64,000 nt of DNA from NCBI GenBank assembly GCA_963743305.1, contig CAVUPH010000017.1:64001-128000 (forward strand), given 5' to 3'. Shown here piece by piece: positions 49,448 to 59,712 of this stretch; the stretch's first letter is position 1; every line of letters begins with the position of its first letter. The notes under the pieces were generated by a model, which saw only the letters and a list, made by a program, of their open reading frames with translations, had not been told where the DNA came from and made no database searches. The DNA comes from an uncultured delta proteobacterium (lineage in GTDB: Bacteria; Desulfobacterota; RBG-13-43-22). Both the position numbers and the translations under genes were made by a program.

Positions 49448-50463
49448 CCCAGACCGTATTCCCGGGCGGCCTCGATCATGGCCCGGATATTTTCCTCCGG
49501 CGTCCCCGGGGGAACGCTGCATCCGCTCATGAGAATGAATCGTTCGGTCCCGGCCTGCCGGAGACAATTCCAGGTATCTTCCTTAACCGTTTGGGTGGAT
49601 CCCAAAAGAAGGGAATTCACCGGATCGACGTTTCCCCCCAGCGTCACTCCCGGACTGTCCGCCCGGGCCGTCTTCAGATTCATGCATTGATCCAGGCTCA
49701 GTACCTCGGCTCCGGTTTGGGACATGGCCCTCAACAGGGATGAAGTATCTCCGCAGATATGAAGGATACAGGGCAGGTCGATATTCCGCATGATTCGTTG
49801 TAGGCGGGGAAGGACCCACTCCTCAAATAACCGGGGGGCAATCATGGAAGCCGAAGCGGTGGGCTCGGGGATCAGCAAAAAGCGGGCCCCCTGATCCCTG
49901 AGGGCCTGAGCAAAAAGAAAAAGGAACTCCGTGACCCGGTCCAGCAGGCGGCTCAGAACCGGTCGGTTTCTGTAGAGCATCCGCATAATCCGATCGGTTT
50001 CGAACAGGCGGCAGGTGGTAGTCAGGGGCCCTTCAAACAGTCCGATGAAGGGGACCCGATCCTGGCCATATTCCGCCAGCAGGCGGGCGGTTTGAAGGAT
50101 TTCCGGCAGCCTCCCGGAGTTTTGCGGATCCGGGAAGGCCAGGGCGTCGACCTGGTCAATCGTTTCGAGGGGGATTCGCAGCGGTTGGGCCAACGGGCCG
50201 GATTTGGTAAAATGAACCGGGCAACCGAAGGCCTCGGGAATATGAAGGGGATCCAGATGGCCGAAGAGCCCGTCGAAGCCGAGTGTTTCCTGGGCTTTGA
50301 TCTGCGCCTCCGCAATCCGCTGGGGATCCCGGTAAATCCGAGTCGGCGGGTCTATTGAATAGTGGGCTGCCGCCCAACCGGCGAGGAAAGGCAGTACCGG
50401 AACATGGTCTAACGGCCGGGCACGGAGGGCGTCGCCCATTCGATTGGAGGCGGAGTAAGGCAT
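49420..50463 (-). CDS. Uroporphyrinogen decarboxylase family, MtaA/CmuA-like methylcobamide methyltransferase
   Basis: EAFGC, EPTAS, LHICG and SGCSVP (Zn ligands), GNVDP, TPEENI. Confidence 0.8.
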   Translation of the reverse strand: MPYSASNRMGDALRARPLDHVPVLPFLAGWAAAHYSIDPPTRIYRDPQRIAEAQIKAQETLGFDGLFGHLDPLHIPEAFGCPVHFTKSGPLAQPLRIPLETIDQVDALAFPDPQNSGRLPEILQTARLLAEYGQDRVPFIGLFEGPLTTTCRLFETDRIMRMLYRNRPVLSRLLDRVTEFLFLFAQALRDQGARFLLIPEPTASASMIAPRLFEEWVLPRLQRIMRNIDLPCILHICGDTSSLLRAMSQTGAEVLSLDQCMNLKTARADSPGVTLGGNVDPVNSLLLGSTQTVKEDTWNCLRQAGTERFILMSGCSVPPGTPEENIRAMIEAAREYGLGQDGSSSTL

Positions 50464-50564
50464 CCTTGGAAAAAAGAAAACTATTCCCCGGGCTTTTTTC
50501 TAAAGTTAAAAAAAGCGGCGGAGTTTGAAGTGAGGGGAGGAGCAGCCGGAATTATTTTCGGCGC

Positions 50565-50882
50565 TTCGCCCTTTTGGGTGGGTACCCCCTAGATCTGGTA
50601 TGGCCATCTGGTCTCGGCGAAAGGCCTTGCCAAAGGTTCCAAAGGTACTCCGGACTTCGAATCCGGGCCGAAATTACTAATTTTATTTGAAGCAGGCCCA
50701 AACTCAGAGACTTTTGATGCTTCCCGGGCTGGCCCTGCTTCCGGGAAGATTTAGAAACACTGGGGCCGGGTTAGAACCTATAAGGCCAGGTGGAAAACCC
50801 TTTCGCCGAGACCAGATGGCCATGAGGGCCTGATTTCAGTCTAATCTACTAGATATTGTGGCCACCCACCCAAAAGGGCGAA
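50565..50882. repeat. ~310-bp structured intergenic element, copy 2
   Basis: Same 19-bp terminal inverted repeat as 398-706; inner 24-bp perfect inverted repeat 50601-50624 / 50799-50822. Confidence 0.9.
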
Positions 50883-50887
50883 CAACC

Positions 50888-51151
50888 TTATTTTCTAACC
50901 GGCGGCCTCTTCTTCTTCATCGGTGTGTTGCAGCAGACCAAGTCCATGGTGGCGCAGCCGCAATCGTCCACTACGGAAACCACCAGCCCACAGGCTTGGC
51001 AACCATATTTGGCCCCTTTGCGGGTAGCGGCTTTCTTAGCGGGTTTGACGACCTTTACGGTTTTGACCGTTTTCGCGGCTTTAGCCGGGGCCGCTTTCTT
51101 GGCTGGGGCTTTGAGGGCTTTCTTGGCTGGGGCTTTCTTGGCAACGGCCAT
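50888..51151 (-). CDS. Lys/Ala/Pro-rich histone-H1-like tail fused to a desulforedoxin-like Cys domain
   Basis: GGAGG RBS; KKAPAKK repeats, then YGCQACGLVVSVVDDCGC...LVCCNTPMKK. Confidence 0.75.
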   Translation of the reverse strand: MAVAKKAPAKKALKAPAKKAAPAKAAKTVKTVKVVKPAKKAATRKGAKYGCQACGLVVSVVDDCGCATMDLVCCNTPMKKKRPPVRK

Positions 51152-51224
51152 GGTTTTTACCTCCTGATAAGGTTTTTTGTTTTCGGTCCGGGCGATAGTA
51201 CCGAAGGGACCTGCTTATTTTTAG

Positions 51225-51291
51225 AGATTAAATAGGAATCCCGGGTTTTGTCAATTAGAAAGTTGAAAATAGAAGACGAAGCCTATAAAAT
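51225..51291. promoter_or_regulatory. Back-to-back sigma70 promoters
   Basis: Minus: TTGACA(51254-51249)-N18-TAATCT. Plus: TTGAAA(51263)-N17-TAAAAT(51286-51291). Confidence 0.5.
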
Positions 51292-51297
51292 AATTGA

Positions 51298-52833
51298 ATG
51301 AAAACCCAACCCCTGTTAGTTACCGGGTCAACCGGTTATGTGGGCGGCCGGCTGGTGCCTCAACTGCTGCAAGCGGGGTACCGGGTGCGGGCGCTGGGGC
51401 GTTCCCTTTCCAAACTGAAAGGACGCCCCTGGGGCAACCATCCTCTGGTGGAGTTGGCCCCCGGCGACGTGTTGGACCGGGCTTCCCTGGTGGAGGCTGG
51501 CCGCGGTTGCTGGGCGGCGTTCTACCTGGTCCACTCCATGATCGCCGACCCCAAAGGCTACACCGAGACCGACCGGACAGCCGCTCAGAATATGGTGGAG
51601 GCGGCTTCCGCCACCGGTCTGAACCGGATCATCTATCTAGGAGGTTTGGGGGGGAAGGACGATCCCCATCTGAGCGAACATTTACGTTCCCGCTACGAAG
51701 TGGCCCGCATCCTGCAATCCGGCCCGGTCCCGACCACCTTTCTGCGGGCGGCCATGATCCTGGGCGCCGGAAGCGTTTCCTTTGAAATTCTCCGCTACCT
51801 GGTGGAGCGGTTGCCCATTATGATTACCCCGCGCTGGGTAGACACCCGGGTTCAGCCCATCGGCATTCGGAATGTCCTCAATTACCTGCAGGGCTGTCTG
51901 GAGCACGAGGAGGTCCTGGGACAGACCTTTGATATCGGGGGGCCGGAAGTGATCAGCTACCGCCGGCTTTTTCAAATCTACGCCGAAGAGGCCGGCCTGC
52001 GAAAGCGGATCATCCTTCCGCTTCCTTTTTTTACGCCCAGCGTGAGTTCCTACTGGATCCATTTGATTACGCCGGTTCCTTCTTCCATCGCCCGGCCCCT
52101 GGCCGAAGGACTGCGCAACGCCGTCACCTGCCATGACAACCGCATCCGCGAGATTATCCCCCAGGAGCTGTTGGATTGCCGTCAGACCATCCGTCTGGCC
52201 CTGCAGCGGATTCAGCAGGAGCGGGTCGACACTTGCTGGATGGATGCCAGTGCGGCCATTACTCAGGAATGGATCTATTGCGGGGACACGCCTTATGCGG
52301 GGGGGACGACCCTGGAGCTGGGATACACCATTCAGATTCAGGCTTCCCCGGAAGAGGTCTGGAAACCGTTGGAAAAAATCGGCGGGAAAACCGGCTGGTA
52401 TTTCGGAACCGGACTCTGGAAAATCCGGGGCTGGTTCGACCGGTTCACCGGCGGAATCGGATTCCGGGCCGGGCGACGCCATCCTTCGGAATTGCGGCCC
52501 GGAGATGCCCTGGACTTCTGGCGGGTGCTGGAGGCCGTTCCGGGGGAACGCCTGCTGCTCCTGGCGGAAATGAAGGTCCCGGGACAAGCCCTGCTGGAGT
52601 TCAAGATCAAGCCCCTGGCCCAGGGGGTTACCGAACTGCAGCAGGTGGCCCGTTTCCTGCCCAAGGGGCTGGGTGGGATCCTCTACTGGTACAGCTTTGA
52701 CCCCTTTCATCGCCTGCTGTATCCCCGGATGCTGAAAGCCATCGCCCGCTCCATCTCCCGGCCCATAGTTCGAGGGCCCGAAAGGGTGGCGGGCCGGAAA
52801 GATCCCCCACCCGGGAAGCGCCGGGAGAACTAG
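51298..52833 (+). CDS. ybjT: SDR/NAD(P)-binding oxidoreductase with DUF2867 (YbjT-like)
   Basis: TGSTGYVG, YLVHSM, SEHLRSR, GDALDFWRV, LLAEMKVPG. Confidence 0.85.
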   Translation: MKTQPLLVTGSTGYVGGRLVPQLLQAGYRVRALGRSLSKLKGRPWGNHPLVELAPGDVLDRASLVEAGRGCWAAFYLVHSMIADPKGYTETDRTAAQNMVEAASATGLNRIIYLGGLGGKDDPHLSEHLRSRYEVARILQSGPVPTTFLRAAMILGAGSVSFEILRYLVERLPIMITPRWVDTRVQPIGIRNVLNYLQGCLEHEEVLGQTFDIGGPEVISYRRLFQIYAEEAGLRKRIILPLPFFTPSVSSYWIHLITPVPSSIARPLAEGLRNAVTCHDNRIREIIPQELLDCRQTIRLALQRIQQERVDTCWMDASAAITQEWIYCGDTPYAGGTTLELGYTIQIQASPEEVWKPLEKIGGKTGWYFGTGLWKIRGWFDRFTGGIGFRAGRRHPSELRPGDALDFWRVLEAVPGERLLLLAEMKVPGQALLEFKIKPLAQGVTELQQVARFLPKGLGGILYWYSFDPFHRLLYPRMLKAIARSISRPIVRGPERVAGRKDPPPGKRREN

Positions 52834-52838
52834 CGCCC

Positions 52839-54188
52839 ATGCATCCGGAACGTCTTCGTCTTCTTAAAGAGGGCCCGACTGGAAAAGGACCGGTTATTTA
52901 TTGGATGAGCCGCGACCAGCGGACCCGGGACAACTGGGCGCTGCTCTATGCCCAGGATCTGGCCGTTCGGGCCAAGGCCCCTCTGGTCGTGGTCTTTTGC
53001 CTGGTTCCGGAATTCCTGGGGGCGGCTCCACGTTCCTATGCCTTTATGCTGGAGGGGTTGCGGGGGGTGGAAAGCAACCTGGTGAAGCGGCGGATAGCTT
53101 TTCATCTTCTCCGGGGAACTCCGGAGGAGGTGCTGCCGCGCTTTACCCGGACGATCCAGGCCGGCGCCCTGGTTACGGATTTCGATCCTCTGCAACTCAA
53201 ACGACTCTGGAAATCAGGCGTGGCCCGGCTAATTGAAATCCCCTTTTACGAAGTAGACGCCCACAATATTGTTCCCTGCTGGGTTGCTTCCCCTAAACAG
53301 GAATACGGGGCCTACACCCTGCGGCCCAAGATTCAACGGCTACTATCCGAATTTCTGGAAGACTTCCCCCCTTTAAGAAAACATCCTTTTTTCTTGAAGG
53401 AAGCAACGAAGGAAACCGACTGGCCCCGGGTGATAGCGGCCCTGGCGGCGGATCCCGCGGGCCTTTCGCTGAACGCTTTCCGTTCCGGTGAAAAGGCCGC
53501 CCGACGGACCTTGAAGGCCTTTCTCGAAAACCGGTTACCCGCTTATGATCCCAACCGCAATGATCCTCTGGAAAACGGGCAGTCCGGCCTTTCACCGTAC
53601 CTTCATTTCGGCCAGATTGCCGCCCAGCGGGTCGCCCGGGAAGTGCAGCAATGCGCCGCCCCGGCTCAATCCAAGAAAGCCTTTCTGGAGGAATTGATTG
53701 TCCGGCGCGAACTGGCGGACAATTTCTGCTTCTACAACCCCTGCTATGACCTCGTGGAAGGCTTCCCCGCCTGGGCCCGGGCCACCCTGGACCGGCACCG
53801 ACGGGACCCGCGGGATTATCTGTACACTAGGAAACAATTCGAGCTGGCCCGAACCCACGACGACTTATGGAACGCGGCGCAGCGGGAAATGGTCCGGACC
53901 GGCAAGATGCACGGTTATCTGCGCATGTACTGGGCCAAGAAGATCCTGGAATGGACGCCTTCACCGGAGGAAGCCCTGAAAATCGCCATCACCCTCAATG
54001 ACCGCTACGAGCTGGACGGCCGCGACCCCAACGGCTACACCGGAATCGCCTGGAGCCTCGGCGGGGTCCACGATCGCCCCTGGGGTGAACGCCCGATTTT
54101 CGGAAAAATTCGTTATCTGAGTTCCAACGGTTGCAAATCCAAGTTTGACGTGAAAGGGTATATCCAAAAGCAATCCATCGACCAATAG
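52839..54188 (+). CDS. phrB: Class II CPD DNA photolyase
   Basis: YWMSRDQR..DNWAL, VDAHNIVP, LSPYLHFGQI, GKMHGYLRMYWAKKILEW, LDGRDPNG. Confidence 0.93.
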   Translation: MHPERLRLLKEGPTGKGPVIYWMSRDQRTRDNWALLYAQDLAVRAKAPLVVVFCLVPEFLGAAPRSYAFMLEGLRGVESNLVKRRIAFHLLRGTPEEVLPRFTRTIQAGALVTDFDPLQLKRLWKSGVARLIEIPFYEVDAHNIVPCWVASPKQEYGAYTLRPKIQRLLSEFLEDFPPLRKHPFFLKEATKETDWPRVIAALAADPAGLSLNAFRSGEKAARRTLKAFLENRLPAYDPNRNDPLENGQSGLSPYLHFGQIAAQRVAREVQQCAAPAQSKKAFLEELIVRRELADNFCFYNPCYDLVEGFPAWARATLDRHRRDPRDYLYTRKQFELARTHDDLWNAAQREMVRTGKMHGYLRMYWAKKILEWTPSPEEALKIAITLNDRYELDGRDPNGYTGIAWSLGGVHDRPWGERPIFGKIRYLSSNGCKSKFDVKGYIQKQSIDQ

Positions 54189-54197
54189 CGAGGTTAC

Positions 54198-55153
54198 ATG
54201 GGGATGGCATCAAAAATTAGAATAGGAATCAGTTCTTGTCTGTTGGGCAATGCCGTGCGCTACGACGGCGGTCACAAGGGGGACCGGTTTTTGACCGATA
54301 CCCTGGGCCGGTACGTGGATTTTGTGGCGGTCTGCCCGGAGGTGGAAGTCGGGTTAGGCATTCCCCGGGAGGCCATGCGGCTGGTGGGGGATTTGAGCCG
54401 CCCCCGTTTGCTGACCGTTCGCAGCCGGATCGATCATACGGAACGGATGAGGGACTGGGCCAAAAAAAGGGTGAAAGAACTGGAAAAGGAGGGTTTGTGC
54501 GGGTTCATCTTTAAAAGCGATTCTCCCAGCAGCGGCCTGGAACGGGTGAAGGTTTACGATCAAAAGGGGATGCCGGTGAAAAAGGGGGTGGGTCTCTTCG
54601 CCCAAGTGTTTAGAGACCATTTTCCCCTGTTGCCGGTAGAAGACGAAGGGCGCCTCCATGATCCCCTGCTGCGGGAAAATTTTATCGAGAGTATTTTTAT
54701 CTGGAAGCGTTGGCGGGAGATGGGCGAGCAAAAAGAGGCAAGGGCGGATTGGTCGATTTTCACAGCCGTCACAAACTGCTGATCATGGCCCACAGCCCCA
54801 AGCACTATCAGACCCTGGGGCAATTGGTGGCCCAGGGCCAGGGGCTTTCGCTGGACGATTTGCTTCTTGAATACCAGAAAACGCTTTCCTCGGCTTTAAG
54901 ACAAAAACCTACGAACAAGAAAAACGTCAATGTGCTGCAACATATTTTGGGATATTTTAAAAAGGATCTTGCGCCGGATGAGAAGCAAGAGGCTCTGGAA
55001 TGTATCGAAAATTACGCGCGAGGGTTCGTGCCCCTGATCGTTCCGGTTACGCTGATGAATCATTATATCCGCAAATATCAGCAGCCGTATTTAAAAGACC
55101 AGTATTATTTGAATCCCCATCCCCTGGAGCTGCAGTTGCGGAATCATGTCTGA
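54198..55153 (+). CDS. ybgA: DUF523-DUF1722 (YbgA-like) protein, frameshift ~54720-54735
   Basis: ISSCLLG..VRYDGGH, CPEVEVGLGIPRE, then FHSRHKLLIMAH...NVLQHILGYFK...LQLRNHV. Confidence 0.85.
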
Positions 55154-55242
55154 GACCGGGAGGAAAGAAGTCTTTCGCCCTTAGTCCGTCCAGCAGTCCG
55201 AAAGCAGGCGCTCCGGGCAGTCAGAGCGAAGCGACGAAAAGA

Positions 55243-55731
55243 TCAGACCTGAAACTCCAGAACCTCCTGAAATTGGGATACCACGATATAGTTCTCTGTT
55301 CTTATTTTGATCAAGGCGCTGTCCGGGGCGTCAACAAAGGCTGAGAGGTGAGGGTGTTTGGACAGGAAAAGCTTCCTGAAAGCTGGTCTTTCTTCCGGGG
55401 AGACTTCTTCGGCTGCCCCCAGAGCCGTAACCGAAAAAGCCTCTTGAAAATCAACGGCCCGGTTGGATCGGTTGTCCATCAGCAGGGAAACCCGGCCGTC
55501 GGCCATCAGGTTATGATATTTACGGGTTATTTTGGAGGTCGCCACGACCAAGGTTTTCAAGTCCGGAGTGGCGGCGAAGGCCATCAGACTCAGGTAGGGG
55601 CGGTGAATCTCTGGGGTGGCCAGCACCGCCAAGCGCTGCCGGGCGAATAATTCCCGGACCTGGTTCTTGGCGTTGAAAACCCTTCCCTGACGATTGTCGT
55701 CCGACACGGCTTTATCCCTCTTGTTCATCAA
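55243..55731 (-). CDS. Pyridoxamine 5'-phosphate oxidase-like FMN-binding protein
   Basis: LAVLAT...PYLSLMAF...TRKYHNL..DGRVSLLMDNR; start uncertain. Confidence 0.8.
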   Translation of the reverse strand: MMNKRDKAVSDDNRQGRVFNAKNQVRELFARQRLAVLATPEIHRPYLSLMAFAATPDLKTLVVATSKITRKYHNLMADGRVSLLMDNRSNRAVDFQEAFSVTALGAAEEVSPEERPAFRKLFLSKHPHLSAFVDAPDSALIKIRTENYIVVSQFQEVLEFQV

Positions 55732-55779
55732 ATGTTAGGGATAAATTCTCAGGTTGAAAGGTATAGGCACCTGGCGGGG

Positions 55780-55814
55780 TTGAGCAGAAGCGGGGACGCC
55801 CCGCTTCTGCTCAA
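55780..55814. repeat. Perfect 16-bp hairpin
   Basis: ttgagcagaagcgggg-acg-ccccgcttctgctcaa. Confidence 0.8.
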
Positions 55815-56027
55815 TACTGCTTATCCCATTTGTTGGCAGGAGGGTTGAAACCGGCAAGGTCTTCCGGTGGTGGTCCGATTCCCTCTCAATTGAAAAAGGT
55901 CGATCTGCTTTAGGCCCCGGGCAAACTATCCATTCGATGCGGGCTTCGGAGGAAGATGCGGCTTTGGGAACTTTAAATCCCTTTGCCCGTGAGCTTAGGC
56001 CGATTAAGCGGAAAATGATAAATGCGC

Positions 56028-56336
56028 TTATTTCTTTTTTGCCGGGACGACGGCATCCTTAAAAGCTTTGGCCATGCGCATTTTAATAACGGTCTTGGCC
56101 GGAATTTTGATGGGTTCGCCGGTTTGAGGATTCCGACCGGTTCGGGCTTTGCGTTTGGAAAGGACGAGTTTGCCGATGCCGTGAAGTGTAAAAGCCCCGG
56201 TTTTCTTGGTTTCAGTGACAGCCAGGCTGGCCAATTCATCCAGGACGGCATTGGCCGTGCTTTTGGTCAATTGAAATTTTTCGGCGAAATAAGCCACCGC
56301 TTGCGCCTTGGTCATGGGTTTTTTGGGGGTCGCCAT
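56028..56336 (-). CDS. hup: HU/IHF family DNA-binding protein
   Basis: GIGKL...RKARTGRNPQTGEPIKIPAK; AAAGGAGG RBS. Confidence 0.93.
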   Translation of the reverse strand: MATPKKPMTKAQAVAYFAEKFQLTKSTANAVLDELASLAVTETKKTGAFTLHGIGKLVLSKRKARTGRNPQTGEPIKIPAKTVIKMRMAKAFKDAVVPAKKK

Positions 56337-56479
56337 ACTTTTTTTCCTCCTTTAATGGGATTTAGGTAATAAATAGTTGAATTTTATAATGGGAAAAGCC
56401 GGTTCGGTCAAGAAAAAAATAGAACCCGGACAGGAAAAAAGATTTTACTTCAATCGCTGAACTCGAAGATAATAGCTAA

Positions 56480-57145
56480 ATGATCGCGAATTCGGATTTG
56501 GAAGAGCAGCCAGTCACCGGCATTCTCTTGATGGCGGGGTTAGCGAGCCGCCTGGGTTTTCCCAAGGCCCTGCTGCCTTATGGGCGGAAGGTTCTGGTAG
56601 AGCAGGTTTTAGAGCAGACCCTGGCGTCCCGATTGGACCGGGTGATCCTGGTCCTGGGCTGTCAGGCGCCTAGGATCCTTTCGGCCCTTCGATCTTTTGC
56701 GAGGATCCCCAGGCTGGAAATCGTGGTCAACCAGCGGTACGACCGGGGTTTAAGCAGCTCTATCCGGGCCGGGTTGCGGTTTTTGGACCCTTCTTCCCAA
56801 GGAGCGATGTTTATTCTCGGGGACCAGCCCCTTTTAAGAACCGCAACCATTAATCGCTTGATTCAGACCTTCAGAAGGAACCATTTTCCTATCGTGGTCC
56901 CGCTTTATGGCGGGCGGCCTGGAAACCCGGTCATTTTCGGGCGGGCGTTGCTGCCCGAGCTGCAACGCCTGCGCGGCGACACCGGCGGCCGGGAAATTAT
57001 CAGGAAAAATCCGGATCGGGTTCTGACCATCCCGATACGCCCCCAATATATCGGCTGGGATGTGGACACCTGGGAGGATTATGCTCGAACCCGGAGGTTC
57101 TTTTCTCCCACCAGTGAAAAACCGATTTTCAGAGGTGACTCCTGA
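56480..57145 (+). CDS. mocA: Molybdenum cofactor cytidylyltransferase-like (NTP_transf_3)
   Basis: LMAGLASRLG.PKALL, GLSSSI, LGDQP, GNPVIF, GDTGGR, DVDTWEDY. Confidence 0.82.
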   Translation: MIANSDLEEQPVTGILLMAGLASRLGFPKALLPYGRKVLVEQVLEQTLASRLDRVILVLGCQAPRILSALRSFARIPRLEIVVNQRYDRGLSSSIRAGLRFLDPSSQGAMFILGDQPLLRTATINRLIQTFRRNHFPIVVPLYGGRPGNPVIFGRALLPELQRLRGDTGGREIIRKNPDRVLTIPIRPQYIGWDVDTWEDYARTRRFFSPTSEKPIFRGDS

Positions 57146-57204
57146 TCAGGATATTTCTTCTTTTAATCCGGAGGCATTATTCCCAGGCTTGGAGACAATC
57201 GGGA

Positions 57205-59712
57205 TTGACGATCCTGGGACTGGGATTAGGGGTTTCCGTTTTTATCAGCATCCATTTGGCGGTGGGCGCCTGCCTATCCTCTTTCAAAAGCACCGCCCAG
57301 GCCGTTTCCGGTCTGGCCCAATGGCAGATTATTCAAGAAGGCCGCGGTTTGGATGAAGGCCTTTTCCCGGTCATTAAGGCCCACCCGGCTGTCCAGGCGG
57401 CCGCCCCGGTGGTAGAGCTCCAGGTCCCCCTTCAAAATCACCCCGGCCTGGTCCTCTGGATTATGGGGGTGGATTTTTTCAATGAAGCCCAGGTTCGTAC
57501 CCACGCCCCTTCGCTGACCTCGTTGCGGGAACCGGATTTCTTGTCCCTTATTCTTAGCCCCCGGGCCATCGCTTTGAGCAGGGACCTGGCCCGGCGATTA
57601 ACGGTCCGACCGGGTTCATCTCTGGGCGTTTTGATCAACGGACACCCACAAACCCTTAGGGTGACCGCCTTGATCGACCCGGAGGGTCCGGCCCGGGCAC
57701 TGGGGGGCCATTTTGGGGTAATGGATATCGCCCAGGCGCAGGAATTAATGGGGAAAATCGGACGACTGGATCGCATCGATCTGGTGTTGAAGCCAGAATA
57801 TCCACCGACCGCTGCGATCGAAAGTCTGCAAAAAATGCTGCCTCCCGGGGCCTCCCTCCTTCAGCCCTCAGAACGCCAGGCGGGTACGGAACGTATGGTG
57901 CGCTCCTACCAGCTTAACCTGCTGGCCCTGAGCTTCATCGCCGTCCTGGTCAGCATGTATCTGATGTACAATGTGACCGCACTTTCGGTGGTTCGCCGCA
58001 GGAAAGATCTGGGCATACTCCGGTCCTTGGGGATGTTGCCGAAGCAGATCCTGCATTTAATTCTTTGGGAGTCGGCCGGATACGGGCTGCTGGGGGGACT
58101 CTTGGGCATCGGAGGCGGCTATCTGCTGGCCCGGGTGATCCTGGGGACCATCAGTCAAACCATCAGCGACCTCTATGTGCTGGTGGGGGTAACGGAAATA
58201 CCTTTTAGGCTGCCGGAAATGGCTTTGTTCCTGGTGGGAGCCGTTGGGGTGGCGCTGGTCTCGGCCTACGTTCCGGCTCGGCAGGCCTCGCGTTTGCAGC
58301 CCCGGGAGATCATCTCCCAGGGGCCGGGGACTCTCTCCCCACCGCCATCCCGGAAGGGAAGTTTTTTTTGGGCCGGATCGATCCTGTTGATCCTAACCGG
58401 TTTACTCCTTTTTATCCCGCCCTGGCAGGGGCTGCCCTTGGGGGGTCTGCTGGCCACCCTCACTTTGATCCTGGGATTTTCATTGTGGCTTTCCCCCGTA
58501 ACCCACAAAATCCTGACCCTCATTACTCCGGCCCCAGCCAAACGGAGGAAACGCCGGAATCATCGGTATTTGGGCTATCTCTATTTTGATTATGCCTTGG
58601 ATAAAATGGCGGTCTCGATGGCGGCTTTAATGACGGCCATCGCCATGCTGATCAGCGTTTCCATTATGATCAACAGCTTCCGCCAAACGGTAGACCAATG
58701 GATTGATCAATCCATCAGCGGGGACCTGCTGGTCGGTCCGGTTTTTCCCTCCAATCAGGGCGATTTTCAGTTTTTAGAGCCGGAGGTCATTGCGGGGATC
58801 GAAAGGCGGGCGGAGGTAAAGGATATTTACTACTATCGAAGCGTTCTGACGGCTTCCCAGGGCCGGCCGATCCGCCTCTGGGCCGGTAATCTAGCGGTCA
58901 TTGAGCGGTACAGTCGGTTGGCGTTCACCGCTGGAAATCCCGAAGAAATCTACCGGCAGGTCTTATCCCGGGAGGCAGTGATCCTCTCGGAGGTTTTAGC
59001 CAATCGGCTAAAGGTCGGGCCCGGGGACTCGGTTACCCTGTTAACCGCCTTTGGGCCTCACTCCTTTAGGATCGCCGGGGTTTTTTACGATTATCGGACC
59101 GAGGGTGGCGGGGTTTGGATCGATCGGGCGGTTTTTTTAAAATGGTGGCAGGATGAAAGGGTCAACGGGGTGCGTCTTTATTTAAAGGATCCCGGCCGGC
59201 TGTCCCAAGTCCGGGAATCGTTGTTAAAGCAGTTCTCCGACCGCTATGAACTGGTGGTTATTTCTCACCGGGAGCTGCGGGAACAAATACTGCGGATTTT
59301 TGACCAGACTTTTCAAGTTACCTATGCCCTGGAGGCAATCGCCATCCTGGTGGCCTTCCTGGGCATTATCCACACCAGTTCCATCTTGATTCTTTTCCGG
59401 GAAAAGGAGTTTGGAATTTATAAAGCGCTCGGGGCATCGCCCGGGCAGGTCCGAATAATGGTTCTCACGGAAACCGGGCTGATGGGTTTTTTTTCGTTTC
59501 TCTGGGGTGGATTGTCCGGGACCTTATTGTCCCTCATTTTGATCCTGGTGATTAACAAGCAGTCCTTTGGCTGGACGATTCAATTGCACTGGTCATTGGG
59601 TGTTTATGGGCAGACCCTGATCCTCATCCTGATCAGTTCTGTCTTAGCCGGACTGGTCCCGGCTTCCATCGCCCTGCGAACTAAAATGGAACAGCAGATT
59701 CGGGATGAATGA
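57205..59712 (+). CDS. FtsX-like double-domain ABC permease (AttFG-like); true start probably ~57135-57142
   Basis: Two FtsX-like halves (RRKDLGILRSLG; REKEFGIYKALG), INKQSFGWTI; frame stays open upstream to 57139. Confidence 0.85.
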   Translation: MTILGLGLGVSVFISIHLAVGACLSSFKSTAQAVSGLAQWQIIQEGRGLDEGLFPVIKAHPAVQAAAPVVELQVPLQNHPGLVLWIMGVDFFNEAQVRTHAPSLTSLREPDFLSLILSPRAIALSRDLARRLTVRPGSSLGVLINGHPQTLRVTALIDPEGPARALGGHFGVMDIAQAQELMGKIGRLDRIDLVLKPEYPPTAAIESLQKMLPPGASLLQPSERQAGTERMVRSYQLNLLALSFIAVLVSMYLMYNVTALSVVRRRKDLGILRSLGMLPKQILHLILWESAGYGLLGGLLGIGGGYLLARVILGTISQTISDLYVLVGVTEIPFRLPEMALFLVGAVGVALVSAYVPARQASRLQPREIISQGPGTLSPPPSRKGSFFWAGSILLILTGLLLFIPPWQGLPLGGLLATLTLILGFSLWLSPVTHKILTLITPAPAKRRKRRNHRYLGYLYFDYALDKMAVSMAALMTAIAMLISVSIMINSFRQTVDQWIDQSISGDLLVGPVFPSNQGDFQFLEPEVIAGIERRAEVKDIYYYRSVLTASQGRPIRLWAGNLAVIERYSRLAFTAGNPEEIYRQVLSREAVILSEVLANRLKVGPGDSVTLLTAFGPHSFRIAGVFYDYRTEGGGVWIDRAVFLKWWQDERVNGVRLYLKDPGRLSQVRESLLKQFSDRYELVVISHRELREQILRIFDQTFQVTYALEAIAILVAFLGIIHTSSILILFREKEFGIYKALGASPGQVRIMVLTETGLMGFFSFLWGGLSGTLLSLILILVINKQSFGWTIQLHWSLGVYGQTLILILISSVLAGLVPASIALRTKMEQQIRDE

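Noticed and set aside
55915-55995. c-di-GMP-I riboswitch on the minus strand (GGGCAAA...AAAGCC)
   Set aside because: It lacks the GNRA tetraloop and the GACGCAAAGC junction, so the resemblance is only partial.
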